DNA from: Octopus bimaculoides
Lineage: Eukaryota
NCBI RefSeq assembly: GCF_001194135.2
Contig: NC_068981.1
Span: forward strand, 55,611,471-55,675,470
Direction: 5' to 3'
Length of the DNA stretch: 64,000 nucleotides
Shown here: piece by piece, positions 52,296 to 64,000 of the stretch
Numbering within the stretch: the first letter of the stretch is position 1
Layout of the letters: each line of letters begins with the position of its first letter
The notes under the pieces: generated by a model
What the model was told of the DNA's origin: nothing
Seen by the model: only the letters and a program-made list of their open reading frames with translations
Databases searched by the model: none
Made by a program: the position numbers and the translations under genes

Positions 52296-53210
52296 ATGAA
52301 TGCAAAAGCAGAGCCTGTAAACATTGCTTCATCTAATCAGACACAGGAAAATGCAGAAGAGAAGTCACACCTTTGTGATATGTGTGGAAAATTATTCACT
52401 ACAGGCAGTTTATTATCTTCCCATAAATGTATTCACACACGCAGAAAACTGCACCACAGTGATATCTGTGATAAAAAATTCTCAGATAATAGCACATTAA
52501 TTTCCAATAAGCATTGTCACACAGAAGAAACATCATACCACTGTGATATTTGTAGTAAAAATTTCACTCAGAAAGGTAGTTTCTCTCGACACAAGCGTAT
52601 TCACACAGGAGAAAGACCATACCACTGTGATAAGTGTGGTAAATCATTTTCCAGAAATGGTCATTTGTCTTCCCACAAACATATTCACACAGGAGAAAAA
52701 CCATACCACTGTGATATCTGTGATAAAGCATTCTCTAGAAGTGATAATTTAACTCAACACAAACGTGTTCACACAGGAGAGAAAGCATATTTCTGTGATA
52801 TCTGTGGTAAAGCATTTGCTGGGAGTGCTGATTTGTCTGTCCACAAACGTATTCACACAGGAGAAAGACCTTACCACTGTGATATATGTGGTGAAACTTT
52901 TATTAGAAATCGTAATTTAACTTACCACAAACATAGCCACACAGGAAAGAAACCTTACAAATGTGACACCTGTGAAGAATCATTTTCTACAAGGGGTCAA
53001 TTATCTGTCCACAAACGTATTCACACAGGTGAAAGACCATACAAGTGTGATATTTGTGGTAAAGCATTCTCTCAAATTGGTCATTCTGTTCGACACAAGC
53101 GTATCCACACAGGTGAGAAACCATACCAATGCGATATATGTAGTGAAACATTTTCTAGAAGTGATAATTTGACTAAACACAAAGAAATTCACACAGAAGG
53201 GAAACCATAG
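52296..53210 (+). CDS. C2H2 zinc-finger protein, 304 aa, 10 fingers (finger 2 degenerate)
   Basis: Tandem CxxC...HxxxH with TGERP/TGEKP linkers; single coding exon. Confidence 0.93.
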   Translation: MNAKAEPVNIASSNQTQENAEEKSHLCDMCGKLFTTGSLLSSHKCIHTRRKLHHSDICDKKFSDNSTLISNKHCHTEETSYHCDICSKNFTQKGSFSRHKRIHTGERPYHCDKCGKSFSRNGHLSSHKHIHTGEKPYHCDICDKAFSRSDNLTQHKRVHTGEKAYFCDICGKAFAGSADLSVHKRIHTGERPYHCDICGETFIRNRNLTYHKHSHTGKKPYKCDTCEESFSTRGQLSVHKRIHTGERPYKCDICGKAFSQIGHSVRHKRIHTGEKPYQCDICSETFSRSDNLTKHKEIHTEGKP

Positions 53211-53219
53211 CTATGTGAT

Positions 53220-54300
53220 CATCATCATCATCATCATCGTTTAACGTCCGCTTTCCATGCTAGCATGGGTTGGACGATTTGACTGAGGACTGGTGAAACC
53301 GGATGGCAACACCAGGCTCCAATCTAATTTGGCAGAGTTTCTACAGCTGGATGCCCTTCCTAACGCCAACCACTCAGAGAGTGTAGTGGGTGCTTTTACG
53401 TGTCACCCGCACGAAAACGGCCACGCTCGAAATGGTGTCTTTTATGTGCCACCTGCACAAGCCAGTCCAGGGGCACTGGCAACGATCTCGCTCGAAAGTC
53501 CTACGGNNNNNNNNNNNNNNNNNNNNNNNNNNNNNNNNNNNNNNNNNNNNNNNNNNNNNNNNNNNNNNNNNNNNNNNNNNNNNNNNNNNNNNNNNNNNNN
53601 NNNNNNNNNNNNNNNNNNNNNNNNNNNNNNNNNNNNNNNNNNNNNNNNNNNNNNNNNNNNNNNNNNNNNNNNNNNNNNNNNNNNNNNNNNNNNNNNNNNN
53701 NNNNNNNNNNNNNNNNNNNNNNNNNNNNNNNNNNNNNNNNNNNNNNNNNNNNNNNNNNNNNNNNNNNNNNNNNNNNNNNNNNNNNNNNNNNNNNNNNNNN
53801 NNNNNNNNNNNNNNNNNNNNNNNNNNNNNNNNNNNNNNNNNNNNNNNNNNNNNNNNNNNNNNNNNNNNNNNNNNNNNNNNNNNNNNNNNNNNNNNNNNNN
53901 NNNNNNNNNNNNNNNNNNNNNNNNNNNNNNNNNNNNNNNNNNNNNNNNNNNNNNNNNNNNNNNNNNNNNNTGCGTCATACAGTCTGCCTTTTACTCTGAG
54001 TGAGAGTCCCTTTGTCGCCAGCAGGGGTAAGAGCTCTCTAAACTTTGCCCAGGCTATTCTTATTCTAGCAGCTACACTTTCAGCGCACCCACCCCCACTA
54101 CTAACTTGGTCGCCCAGATAGCGGAAGCTATCGACTACCTCTAGTTTTTCACCCTGGAATGAGATAGAAGTTGTTTCCTGTTTGTTTACAGTCTTTATTG
54201 CACCTGAACATCTGCCACAAACAAAAACTAACTTCCTAGTTAACCTGCCTTTGATGTTGCTGCACCTCTTATGTGTCCATAGCTTGCACCGGGTACATCT
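53220..54300 (-). mobile_element. 5'-truncated RTE LINE (464-N gap at 53507-53970)
   Basis: (cat)n tail at 53220; RTE ORF remnant 53971-54300 is the reverse complement of sequence like 46310-46770. Confidence 0.85.
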
Positions 54301-54639
54301 TCTGCAGTAAAATATTTTCTACAAATAGCAAATTATTTTATAATAAATGAATTTCTCTATTTGTTATAATCAGTGTTTTAATTTTCTTTATTCTATACTG
54401 ACTGTCTATCTCTAATCCCATTGCATATTTTAAACAAACCAGATGATCATTTTATGAGTCAGCTACTAGGAGTTAGTCTTGTACATCTGGAGCAGCTTCA
54501 GCTATCCAGTCCTATCTTAACTTGCCAGAATACCTCTATATTTTTTCTTTACTTTTGTTAGTATACAGAATTGAACTCATACTTTTCCCTTTCTTTTTGT
54601 TACATAACCCACTTCTTAAGTAGCCCCTTGTACTCTCTT

Positions 54640-55150
54640 GCATTTGGATTTTTTTTCCATGCTAAATTTATTGTCAACCTTAGCCTTATTTACATTACCT
54701 TTGTGATTATTAACACAAGTCATGACATTCCTAGTTTTCTAAGCACACACAGCAAACTACAGAGTATGGGACTCTACACCCTGAACCAGATGCAGTTTAA
54801 AGTTATACCCAGCACACAGATTTGGGCCTCTGCACTATTTTGATTAACTAAGTCTGTATCTAGTAGAGTAGCAATGTATCTTGATGATTTCAACATCCCA
54901 GCAACTATCCTTGCATTCTCTTTATTAAATAAAATTACCATTATGAAACTAACTTTGAAAGGTGGGTCTTTGTTGAATGCACATTCTGTAGTCCCTCATT
55001 ATCCAACTCATACTCGCCATTCACAAACCCGCATTTCCTTTCTTCTTTTCACTGAAAATAAGTGTACCAGTGTTGTTTCTGACAGACTTCTGTCCACTGA
55101 CATTCTGGTTTTTATAAATAGATTGCATTGCAATTTGCTCTGCTTTTATA
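54640..55150 (+). mobile_element. LINE endonuclease-domain remnant
   Basis: YLDDFNI (GDFN motif), HYPTH..., LLFTEN...LLSTD in APE-like order. Confidence 0.5.
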
Positions 55151-56893
55151 AGTTAGTGGGTGGTGGAAAGGTTAGTGCCTACAATCTTTGAGAGCCAGTT
55201 TCACATTCCACTTTCACTGATTGATGTGGGGTTGGTGTTATAGCTTGAATAGTTAAGTCAATGCTTGTAGGTAAACTGGGTATGGAGAAAATTCAAGAGG
55301 TTGTAGTTTTGAGAGGGAAGATTTGAAGAGTACAAGATCTGGGCTTGAAACACAATGATAGTAAAGAGGAGAGATATGGGGAAAGATTATGAAGAAGCTT
55401 GTCTAGTTTAACCCTGCATGAGCAAACCTAAGTGCAAAGGCATCCCATCTATTAGGGGTTTTTCCGCAAGAAATAGGCCATTATAATTGCAATTTATGAG
55501 ACAAAGAAAACAAACCACTCATCTGTGAGCTCAACGGAACAGCTTACTCGTGAAATCAAATCATTGTCAAACAGTCAACTGCTCTTGTAAGTATGTACAG
55601 CAGCATTCTTATACATGTAAGCAGTACAACAATGTTGCTCTTACATGAACTTTAAAGTTATACCCAGCGCACAAATTTGGTCCTCTGCACTATTTTGTTT
55701 TAATTTACTCTGTAGATTTGCTCATGCTGAGTTAAACTAGACCAGCTTCTTCATAATCTTTCCCCATATCTCTCCTCATTACCATCATTGTGTTTTAAGC
55801 CCAGATCTTGTACTCTTATCAAACCTTCCTTCTCAAAACTACAACCCCTTGAATTTTCTCCATACCCAGTTTACCTACAAACATTGACTTAAACTATTTA
55901 AGCTATAAAATCAACCTTACATCAATCTTACCAGTGAAACTGGCAGTCAAAGATTTGACTGACTATAAATAAGAATTTTAGTCCCTAATATGTGATTTAG
56001 TTATATAAATGAGATTGCTGAGTGCAAGCTTTTGTAACTTTTTGTAGCTGTGTGTATTCATAATTAGAAAGAATAAGATACAAGACTCTTTAGTATGTTT
56101 AGTGGTAGTCTTTGTTATTGAATGATAGTAAGTTATTGTCCCCATGGGACATGTTAATTGGTCTAAACAACACAGAGAATGTATGAAAATCTGCTCAAAG
56201 TCATTGTTCATGACAGCGGTGTATTTCTGGTATGAGGTATCTAGGTTGTTCCTCAGAAATTCATAACATAGTTCTCTTCTTATCCCTCTCCATTTAAATA
56301 GACATCATATTTTACTAACTGGGAGTTATATCTAACAGAGTTATCTTTTAACTTCCATACCTTCCTTCTGAACTGCTAAACACTAACATATATTCTCTTT
56401 CTCTGGTTAGGGAAAAAGTAATCTCTGCTTCATAACCATCCACATGACATGCAGATGGTTGACTAACTTCTTTAAGTTTGTAGTGTAAGTTCTAAGATAA
56501 TTTGCATTAGAAAAATGCAGAAATTATTTGTGCCATGTTTCAAGGTCTCCATATTTATCAGTGTACCATACTTGTCTTTCCTGACATGACTGTTATAATT
56601 AACCATCATGAAGATGATATTAATGACATCACTTCTTGTGATAAATTAAGCAGAGATTATAGATGCTTTAGTGTTGTAAAACTTTTACTTGAAATTCTTT
56701 ATTATGTGTAAAAAGAAATACAGGACAATGAACTGGCAGAATTGTGAGAGTATCAGATAAAATTCTTGCAGTGTTTCTTTCATTCTGAGTTCAAATCCTG
56801 CCAATTTTGCCATTTGTCCCAGGATAACATTTATTGTGTGCTTATTCTCATCTACTAACACAACTTCTTACCTAATTCTCAAATAAAAGGAGC

Positions 56894-57205
56894 ACTCCGT
56901 AGGTTACGATGACGAGGGTCCCAGTTGATACAATCAACGGAACTGCTTACTCGTGAAATTAACGTGGAAGTGGCTGAGCACTCCACAGACATGTGTACCC
57001 TTATCGTAGTACTCAGGGAAATTCAGCTTGACACAGAGCGTGACAAGGTTGGCCCTTTGAAATACAGACACTACTCATTTTTACCAGCTGAGTGGACTGG
57101 AGCAACGTGAAATCAAGTATCTGGCTCAAGGACACAACATGTCGCCAGGAATTGAACTCACGACCTTACGATCGTGAGCTGAATGCCCTAACCACTGAAC
57201 CACTC
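56894..57205 (-). mobile_element. tRNA-derived SINE, third family (C)
   Basis: On - strand: GTGGTTCAGTGGTTAGGGCATTCAGCTCACGATCGTAAGGTCGTGAGTTCAATTCC head, followed directly by TGTTGTGTCCTTGAGC body; partial copy near 55490-55600. Confidence 0.8.
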
Positions 57206-58038
57206 ACCTTCACTAATTCTCAAATATATCACAATGACCAACAAACTAAACACACCTTATAAAAAGACAAGCTAATGATAGATAAAGAGTCTGTTACTGA
57301 CAGATGAGAGAACTAAATGCAGTCATGTGTCACATCAGGTACTATCTCCTATCAGCTGACATAGATGATCAAACCAACCAAATATAAAGAATCTACTAGT
57401 ATGCTACAAGCTACTGAGAATCATTCTTTAATGCCCCCTCTCTCTGTCATCCACATAAGCTGACAAAGTAAATGACTAAAACAAACAGAACTTTCTAATG
57501 TTATTGTCCTTTTTTTTTTAACCATTGCTTTCTTTTTAAACTTTTAACAGTAAAATGGATAAGGAATTGAAAAGGAACGACTCTTCTCATACATTCGTCA
57601 TCCCATTTTTGAGGAAAAAGGGATAGTGACCAGCACATTTATCTTGTTAAAAGTTAGGAGGACAAATTATATCAATAATAATTATGCTGAAGCAATAATA
57701 ATTTTAAACAAATGAAGAATATTTTCGTCTAATGCTTGACAAGTCATTTACAGAAAATTCAGAAATGACAAAATTGGGAATTCTTTCGGTTTACGATCAC
57801 AAAGTGAAAGTAATTCGGACACTTTTCGATTATTTTCGTGAACTTAATACATTTTCTCTGTTTTACCCTACGAATTAAATATTTTCGATTTCATATTTCA
57901 CTACTATATCATAAATATTTGGATATTCATTTTCATTTCATAAGTCGTCTTTCATATGCAATCAGTCTTATTATAAATCATTCGCACATTGCGACAGTTA
58001 AATCAAGTTACGTTCATATTCTCATATCATTCTTTTCT

Positions 58039-58160
58039 ACTCTAGGCACAAAGCCCGAAATTTTAGGGGAGGGGGCCAGTCGATTAGATCGACTCCAGTA
58101 CGCAACTGGTACCTAATTTATCGATCCCGAAAGGATGAAAAAGCGAAGTCGACCTCGGCG
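58039..58160 (-). mobile_element. Truncated SINE family B
   Basis: Near-identical to 6189-6305. Confidence 0.8.
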
Positions 58161-59375
58161 CGTTAAAAGTCGGCTGCTTACGAAATTTTTCAGTTTCAAT
58201 TACTTCCAGTCAGTGATCACAAACGGAAAGAATACTCAAAATAAATTAAATGCTTTTCAAATATACAATTCATCCACTTTAGTTTTTCTTGGTAAGAGAT
58301 CAAAAGTACTCAATACCTTAACTGTGTGCATAACGGTTAATAGAGGGAAAAAATCTTTGCTGGCCATCAGACACAAAGAAAGTAACTGTTAACTGACGAA
58401 ATGAAAGTGCAGTTATTAAACTGACTAGGAAGCTATCATTCTTCAATGTACCCTTTCTTTTTTAAGACAGTGGGGTGCAATTTGAGTGTCATTTCTTTGT
58501 TATTAGTAGGAGGTCAAGTGATCACATATACTCTGTCGCTATTGTGGGTTTAAAGAAAAATTATAAAAAAGTAAAATGGGTAGTTTTATTGCGAAAAACT
58601 GAAATTAAGTCGCCAATCTGGATTGGCAATCAACTCTGATCGTAGGCCTGTTTGTTCAGAGTTCACCGACTTGAGATTAAACAGCGGTAAGAAAGGCGAC
58701 ATATTATAACCGAAAGTAGGACGAGATGGACAGAGTTAGAACGTTTTTAATAAGAAATCTATAAGATCAGTCCAGACATGTATCACAGTATCCAGGAACT
58801 TGATAGCGCTCTCTATTGTAAGAGGTAATTTTTTGCTTCACGCTCAGTTACAAGCCGTGTAAATTTCACATTCGTTTGTGCCATTGTATATTGGTAACAA
58901 CTAATTAACTGTTGTAGGTGAGAGATTAGTCATCAACCTGGATAAAAATAAGAGATAGTTTGCAAGAAGTACTTGAAAATCCTGGTAATCTATCAATTTC
59001 AAACCTTACTACCTCAATACACCTCTCATTATTTCATATTGCAATGTAAGTATCATTAATATATTTTAGATATTATGACTTGTAGAAAATGTTTCCCTTC
59101 ATATTCATATTTCTACTTCGTCTGTTTCAGTTTTGTTCCTTGTCACATCTTATCCCTTCGTTTTTATTTTTCATTATCTACTTCCTTTCTTAGTTTAAAC
59201 GCACTAAATCTAGTTTCCAGAAAATATTTTATTCTTTTCTTATTCTTTCAAACCCTTTTATTTTTCCTCCATGTTCTCTTCTCTATCTTTCTCTTGCTCT
59301 GTCTTTCCGTGTCCCCCTACTACGACGTAGTTTTTCACACTCCGTACTGTCTTTCCTTATTTTCATGTCTATGAG

Positions 59376-59559
59376 ATCAAGTTTCATGAAGTGCTTGTAT
59401 GCTCGACTACTACACGTTGCATATCAATTCATGGGCAACCTGCTGCCCACGAATGGCACGCCTAACGAAAAATTACCTTGATTTTTTTGTAGTGTGGCCC
59501 GCCTGTTGATGAGCCATGTCTCGTGCGGCCCGCTTCTCGAAAAAAGTTGAATATGCCTG
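59376..59559. mobile_element. hAT-like transposon end
   Basis: Subterminal ggcccgc motifs and terminus aaaagttgaatatgcctg, typical of hAT ends. Confidence 0.55.
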
Positions 59560-59636
59560 CAATAGATCAACAAATGGTGCTATTTCAGATTCGCACCGCA
59601 GGCGAGCTCATTCTGTTCTCATACAAGAGACGTCAC

Positions 59637-59845
59637 TTTTAGCATTGAGATTACTCTGTCAAATCTAATATTTATTTATTCACATTGTTTTCAACCAATT
59701 GTGCATTATCTTGTGTATTCGAAATTTCGGTGATGTGATTGTTTATTTTTAGAATGACATTGTAAAGTAAGTGTAAGAGGCCAGTTTGAACAGAAATCAG
59801 GTAGAATATTTCGGTTGGGTATGTCTGTCTTTAATACTGAAAGGT
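59637..59845. mobile_element. Decayed piggyBac-like MITE
   Basis: ttttagcatt...aatactgaaagg degenerate inverted ends. Confidence 0.4.
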
Positions 59846-62104
59846 TGCTCTTTAACATTGCCGAATCCTCTTGCAACAGAATTCATAGCACATACACACC
59901 ATGATAACCCGATTTTTTTAAAATACACACGTGTGCTGCTGCGACGAACAGATAAACGTATATATGTGTACAGTGCCAACAGCTAGCACACGAGCATTCA
60001 ACATCTATAACCATAGTACTTTGTATATACATAGGATTCTGTATATATTTATACGGTAGAGATGGACTATATGTAATCTGAACCTCCCCCCCCCCTTATT
60101 TATTAATTTTTTTTACGGAATCCCACGTTTTAGGCTATGGAGATTCCGATTCTGAAAAAAAAAATTTTTGAAAAATATTTTCCAGAATCGGATTCTTCAT
60201 GGTCTGAAATATAGGATTCCGTAAAAAAACAAAATTTAAAAGGGGGGGGGGGGTATACCCAGATTACATATACTCCATCTCCACCATTTATACTNNNNNN
60301 NNNNNNNNNNNNNNNNNCCGGGGGGGGGGCGAAATTTTGAAATTGAGATTTTTGAAAAATATTTTCCAGAATCGGATTCTTCATGGTCTGAAATATAGGA
60401 TTCCGTAAAAAAACAAAATTTAAAAGGGGGGGGGGGTATACCCAGATTACATATACTCCATCTCCACCATTTATACTATTGTGAATGTGTATAAAAAAAT
60501 TATATATGTATTATGAATTTTATCGCCTAACATACTGACATCCTTTGGGTTTGAATAGTTAGTTGAGAGTGACTTCGCTGATGCTATGAATCTAAAAGAG
60601 CACCCAACAATTCAGTGAAAAAGAACACAATTTACCAAAATAAACAGTAAGAAAATGAGGGGGAAAAATTAAAAAAAGATAGGGATAAAATAACAAGTCG
60701 GTAAATAAATAATAAATAAACAAAATAGAGGCACACACATTCCATCGACCAAGAGAGACTTGTGTTCTGTTGAAAAAATTTGAGACTCCAAACCCAAGCA
60801 TTACATTGAGGTATCAATTATCCATGACACGACTTTAGAACATCCTCTATTTTGAGTTTTAAAAAAGATATTTCAATAGAAAAATTATTTTTGTATTCTA
60901 ACAGATATTCTAAGATCAATGTCATTTGATAGAATTTTAAATAAAATTAATCCCGATGAAGTGTTCGGATTCGGATTATGTTGGCTTTTTGTGAGCAGGT
61001 AGTTCATGTTGAATCCCCGTAAAGACTGAAACTAGTAAGAACGATCCTCACTTTTTGGACACCGGAATCAGAAAGACATTGTGTCTGTGTTAAAAGGGAT
61101 TATTTTTATAAAGCTTGTCTTATTTTATTTCTGAAAAGCTTCATAGTAGCCTCATCTAATTACTGCAGTATATTCCTTCATCCATGTTATTTTGACCAAG
61201 TAGAAAAAGGTAAATTTTGATAATACCGGTAGAAAATACTTTTGTTTTTCTTGCATTTTGCATTACACTTAAACATTTATTTGCATGACATCGAGGAAGT
61301 CAGACGGCTAAAGATTGAGCTAAGTGAGATAATCTACATAGCATTCATTTCAGTGTAGATATGTATTTTTTCCTTGAGTAAGGTAGTAAATATAATTTTA
61401 GGATATTGTTGTAATGTTCTGTCGAGCTTAACATCGTTTCCAGCCTTCATTCCAAGATCCATAGTTCTAATCCATTTCTACCGCATATATATCATAATGC
61501 TATTTATCTGCAAATATCTTCAGAGTCTACCTGGCTATTTTTTCAGTACAAATGGCCGAATCTCATCTCTTATAATTTTTTATGTTAACACTTCTTTCTC
61601 TTGTTTGTCATATGTTGTCTTTTATTGCAGGTTATCACTTGATATTGAAATTAAAATATTTCACTAATGACTATCAACATATTTACCAACTTCTGAAGAC
61701 TAAAAGTAACCTTATGAAGCTGATGTCTGAGAGTTTTTACAACTTTTGGTTAAATTGAAGTGAATTTTTTCTTGGCCTTGATATTACTTGCAAAATTCCT
61801 ACACTGGTATTTGCTAGAAAATTTTCTTTATAAATGAAATCTGAAGATTTACCATGAAGTTTTATCTGTATTATATATAAGGACTTGAACTTTGATATCT
61901 GGATATAACTCATTCATTGGAGGTATTTTAACAATCCTTCAGTTGCTGGTTATTATTTGCAAAATTATTTCCTAATAATTCTAAGTAGAGTCTACCTTAA
62001 TTTGAAGTATTAGGATAGAATGATATCTTTTTCTTAAGAACCAAGACATCATTAGACTTTAACTGTGACAACACACAGAGAAAATATAGATTAAAAGAGA
62101 AGTT

Positions 62105-63349
62105 ATGGATGAGGAAACAAAGACTGGGAATATTGAATCAGACACTGAAAATATTGAATCAGATATTGAGAATATTGAATCAGACACCGAGAATATTGAA
62201 TCAGACACTGAGAATATTGAATCAGACTCAGAGAATATTGACTCAGACATTGAGAATATTGAATCAGATACTGAGAATATTGAAGCTGACACCAAGAATA
62301 TCGAATCAGACACCGAAAATATTGAAGCTGACACCAAGAATATCAAATCAGACACCGAAAATATTGAAGCTGACACCAAGAACGTCGAAGCAAAGACTGA
62401 GAATATTGAAGGAGTCACTGAGAAAATTGAAATAAAAACTGAGAATATTGAAGTGAAAACTGAGAATATTGATACATTTAATCAAGCAGGAAAAAATACA
62501 GAAGTGAAATCACGTACATGTGAAGTATGTGGGAAGTTATTTACTACAAGCAATTTATTATCTTCCCATAAATGTCAAGGTAAAAGTCTACACCACTGTT
62601 ATATCTGTGGTAAAATTTTCTCTCAACATAGTCATTTGTCACGACATGTGCGTATCCACACAGGAGAAAGACCATACCATTGTGATATCTGTGGTAAATC
62701 ATTCTCAGATAGTAGTACTTTACACACCCACAAACGTATTCACACAGGAGAGAAACGGTACCACTGTGAATTCTGTGGTAAAAGCTTTTCTGGAAATACT
62801 GGTTTGTCTTCTCACAGACGTACACACACAGGAGAAAGACCATACAAATGTGATGTCTGTGATAAGGCATTTTTTACAAGGGCTTATTTGACTCGACACA
62901 CACGTATTCATACAGGAGCAAAACCATACTTTTGTGAATTTTGTGGTAAATCATTTGCAGATAGAAACACGGTAATTTCCCACAAACGTATCCATACCCA
63001 GGAGAAACCATTCCCCTGTGACGTTTGTGGTAAAACATTCTCTGAAAGTAGTAATTTGTCTTGTCACAAACGTATTCACACAGGAGAAAGACCATATCAA
63101 TGTGATATCTGTGATAAAGCATTTTTTACTAAAAGTCATTTGTCAGGTCACATTCGTATTCATAAAGGAGAACGTCCATACCAATGTGATATCTGTGATA
63201 AGGCATTCTCTCAAACTTCTCATTTATCTCGACACAAACGTATTCATACAAGAGGGAAACTGTATCCCTGTGATATTTGTAGTGAAGCGTTTTCTACAAA
63301 TGAACATTTAATTCAACATCAACATATTCACATGGGAATGAATATGTAG
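62105..63349 (+). CDS. C2H2 zinc-finger protein, 414 aa: N-terminal acidic heptad repeat, 1 atypical + 9 canonical fingers
   Basis: Intact ORF with canonical linkers; its 5' UTR exon segment (from acceptor at 61630) is homologous to that of 52296. Confidence 0.93.
   Translation: MDEETKTGNIESDTENIESDIENIESDTENIESDTENIESDSENIDSDIENIESDTENIEADTKNIESDTENIEADTKNIKSDTENIEADTKNVEAKTENIEGVTEKIEIKTENIEVKTENIDTFNQAGKNTEVKSRTCEVCGKLFTTSNLLSSHKCQGKSLHHCYICGKIFSQHSHLSRHVRIHTGERPYHCDICGKSFSDSSTLHTHKRIHTGEKRYHCEFCGKSFSGNTGLSSHRRTHTGERPYKCDVCDKAFFTRAYLTRHTRIHTGAKPYFCEFCGKSFADRNTVISHKRIHTQEKPFPCDVCGKTFSESSNLSCHKRIHTGERPYQCDICDKAFFTKSHLSGHIRIHKGERPYQCDICDKAFSQTSHLSRHKRIHTRGKLYPCDICSEAFSTNEHLIQHQHIHMGMNM
62129..62464 (+). 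repeat. Coding 21-bp minisatellite, 16 units (NIESDTE)
   Basis: Direct reading of DNA and protein. Confidence 0.95.
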
Positions 63350-64000
63350 CCATATGGTAATAGATTTTATCCAAATAGCAATATATTTTATAAATGAATT
63401 TGTTTTTATTATATTTCAACACACTACTATCAATGTTATACTGTTTTATTCGCTGCCAATAGCTTATTGGAAATTCCACTGTATCTTTTATATGCACTGA
63501 ATACTTGATCAGCTGAACATTTCATATATCCATTACTGCTAAGCATTCCTGTAGAGTATCTGAGTTAATGATTCTCACCCTGTTGACCAGAATACACTTA
63601 CACTTTTCATGTCTTCTATATTTTTGTGTGTGTGCATGGAGCAGAAGCATTGTCCTACATGTGATCAGTACTCTGAGCTTTGTAAAGGCTCTACTACTGA
63701 CTAGGACTGAAATATTTATCGACACTAAAGGTTTTGGAGGTGGAATTACCATGAGTGTTTCCTTAGAAATTTTGAGTCCTCTCATTTGTAGGTGTTTTGT
63801 TCTTGATTAAATATGAAAAGTACTACTGTTTCTTTGATATGCATAGTGACTGTACTTTTGTCCCATTGAATGTACTGTGTCATGTTCCCATTGAAAATCT
63901 TCTCAAGATCTATGACAAGGGCAAAAATCAGTCTTTACTTCATACCCATATGACAAATATGTCATCAGGTGACTGGCTAACTTTCTGAAAGTTGTGTTGC

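Noticed and set aside
57150-57205. tRNA-like sequence
   Set aside because: Continues directly into a SINE body, with no acceptor stem or poly-T terminator; SINE head, not a tRNA gene.
60164-60477. ~130-bp tandem duplication with poly-G runs
   Set aside because: Copies flank a 23-N gap; probable assembly overlap.
62059-62435. Overlapping repeat ORFs in other frames and on the - strand over the ZNF minisatellite
   Set aside because: By-products of the stop-free 21-bp unit; no independent evidence. The array is not CRISPR-like because it has no unique spacers.

Overview
AT-rich, repeat-dense animal genomic scaffold with five N-gaps. It is most likely a cephalopod (Octopus-like); this is an inference from the tandem single-exon C2H2 zinc-finger genes and the SINE/RTE repertoire. 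Main contents: (1) an 11-exon PP2C-family phosphatase gene of the PPM1H/J/M group on + (CDS 12724-38926, 1527 nt, 508 aa when spliced, all introns GT-AG with consistent phases); (2) a tandem C2H2 ZNF cluster on +: one pseudogene split by an RTE LINE (45973-48080) and two intact 10-finger genes (52296-53210, 62105-63349), the second with a 16x7-aa acidic repeat; (3) an open Ty3/Gypsy gag ORF at the window start (- strand, missing from the ORF track because it runs off the edge); (4) many decayed Gypsy, RTE and CR1/Jockey-like LINE pieces, tRNA-derived SINEs and MITEs, plus a TIR-bounded insert with a SAP-domain ORF in PPM1H intron 9. No rRNA, bona fide tRNA gene or CRISPR array is supported. 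Most short ORFs in the track are chance, microsatellite, gap-spanning or antisense-shadow ORFs. All alignments were done by eye, with reference sequences recalled from memory; no searches were run.
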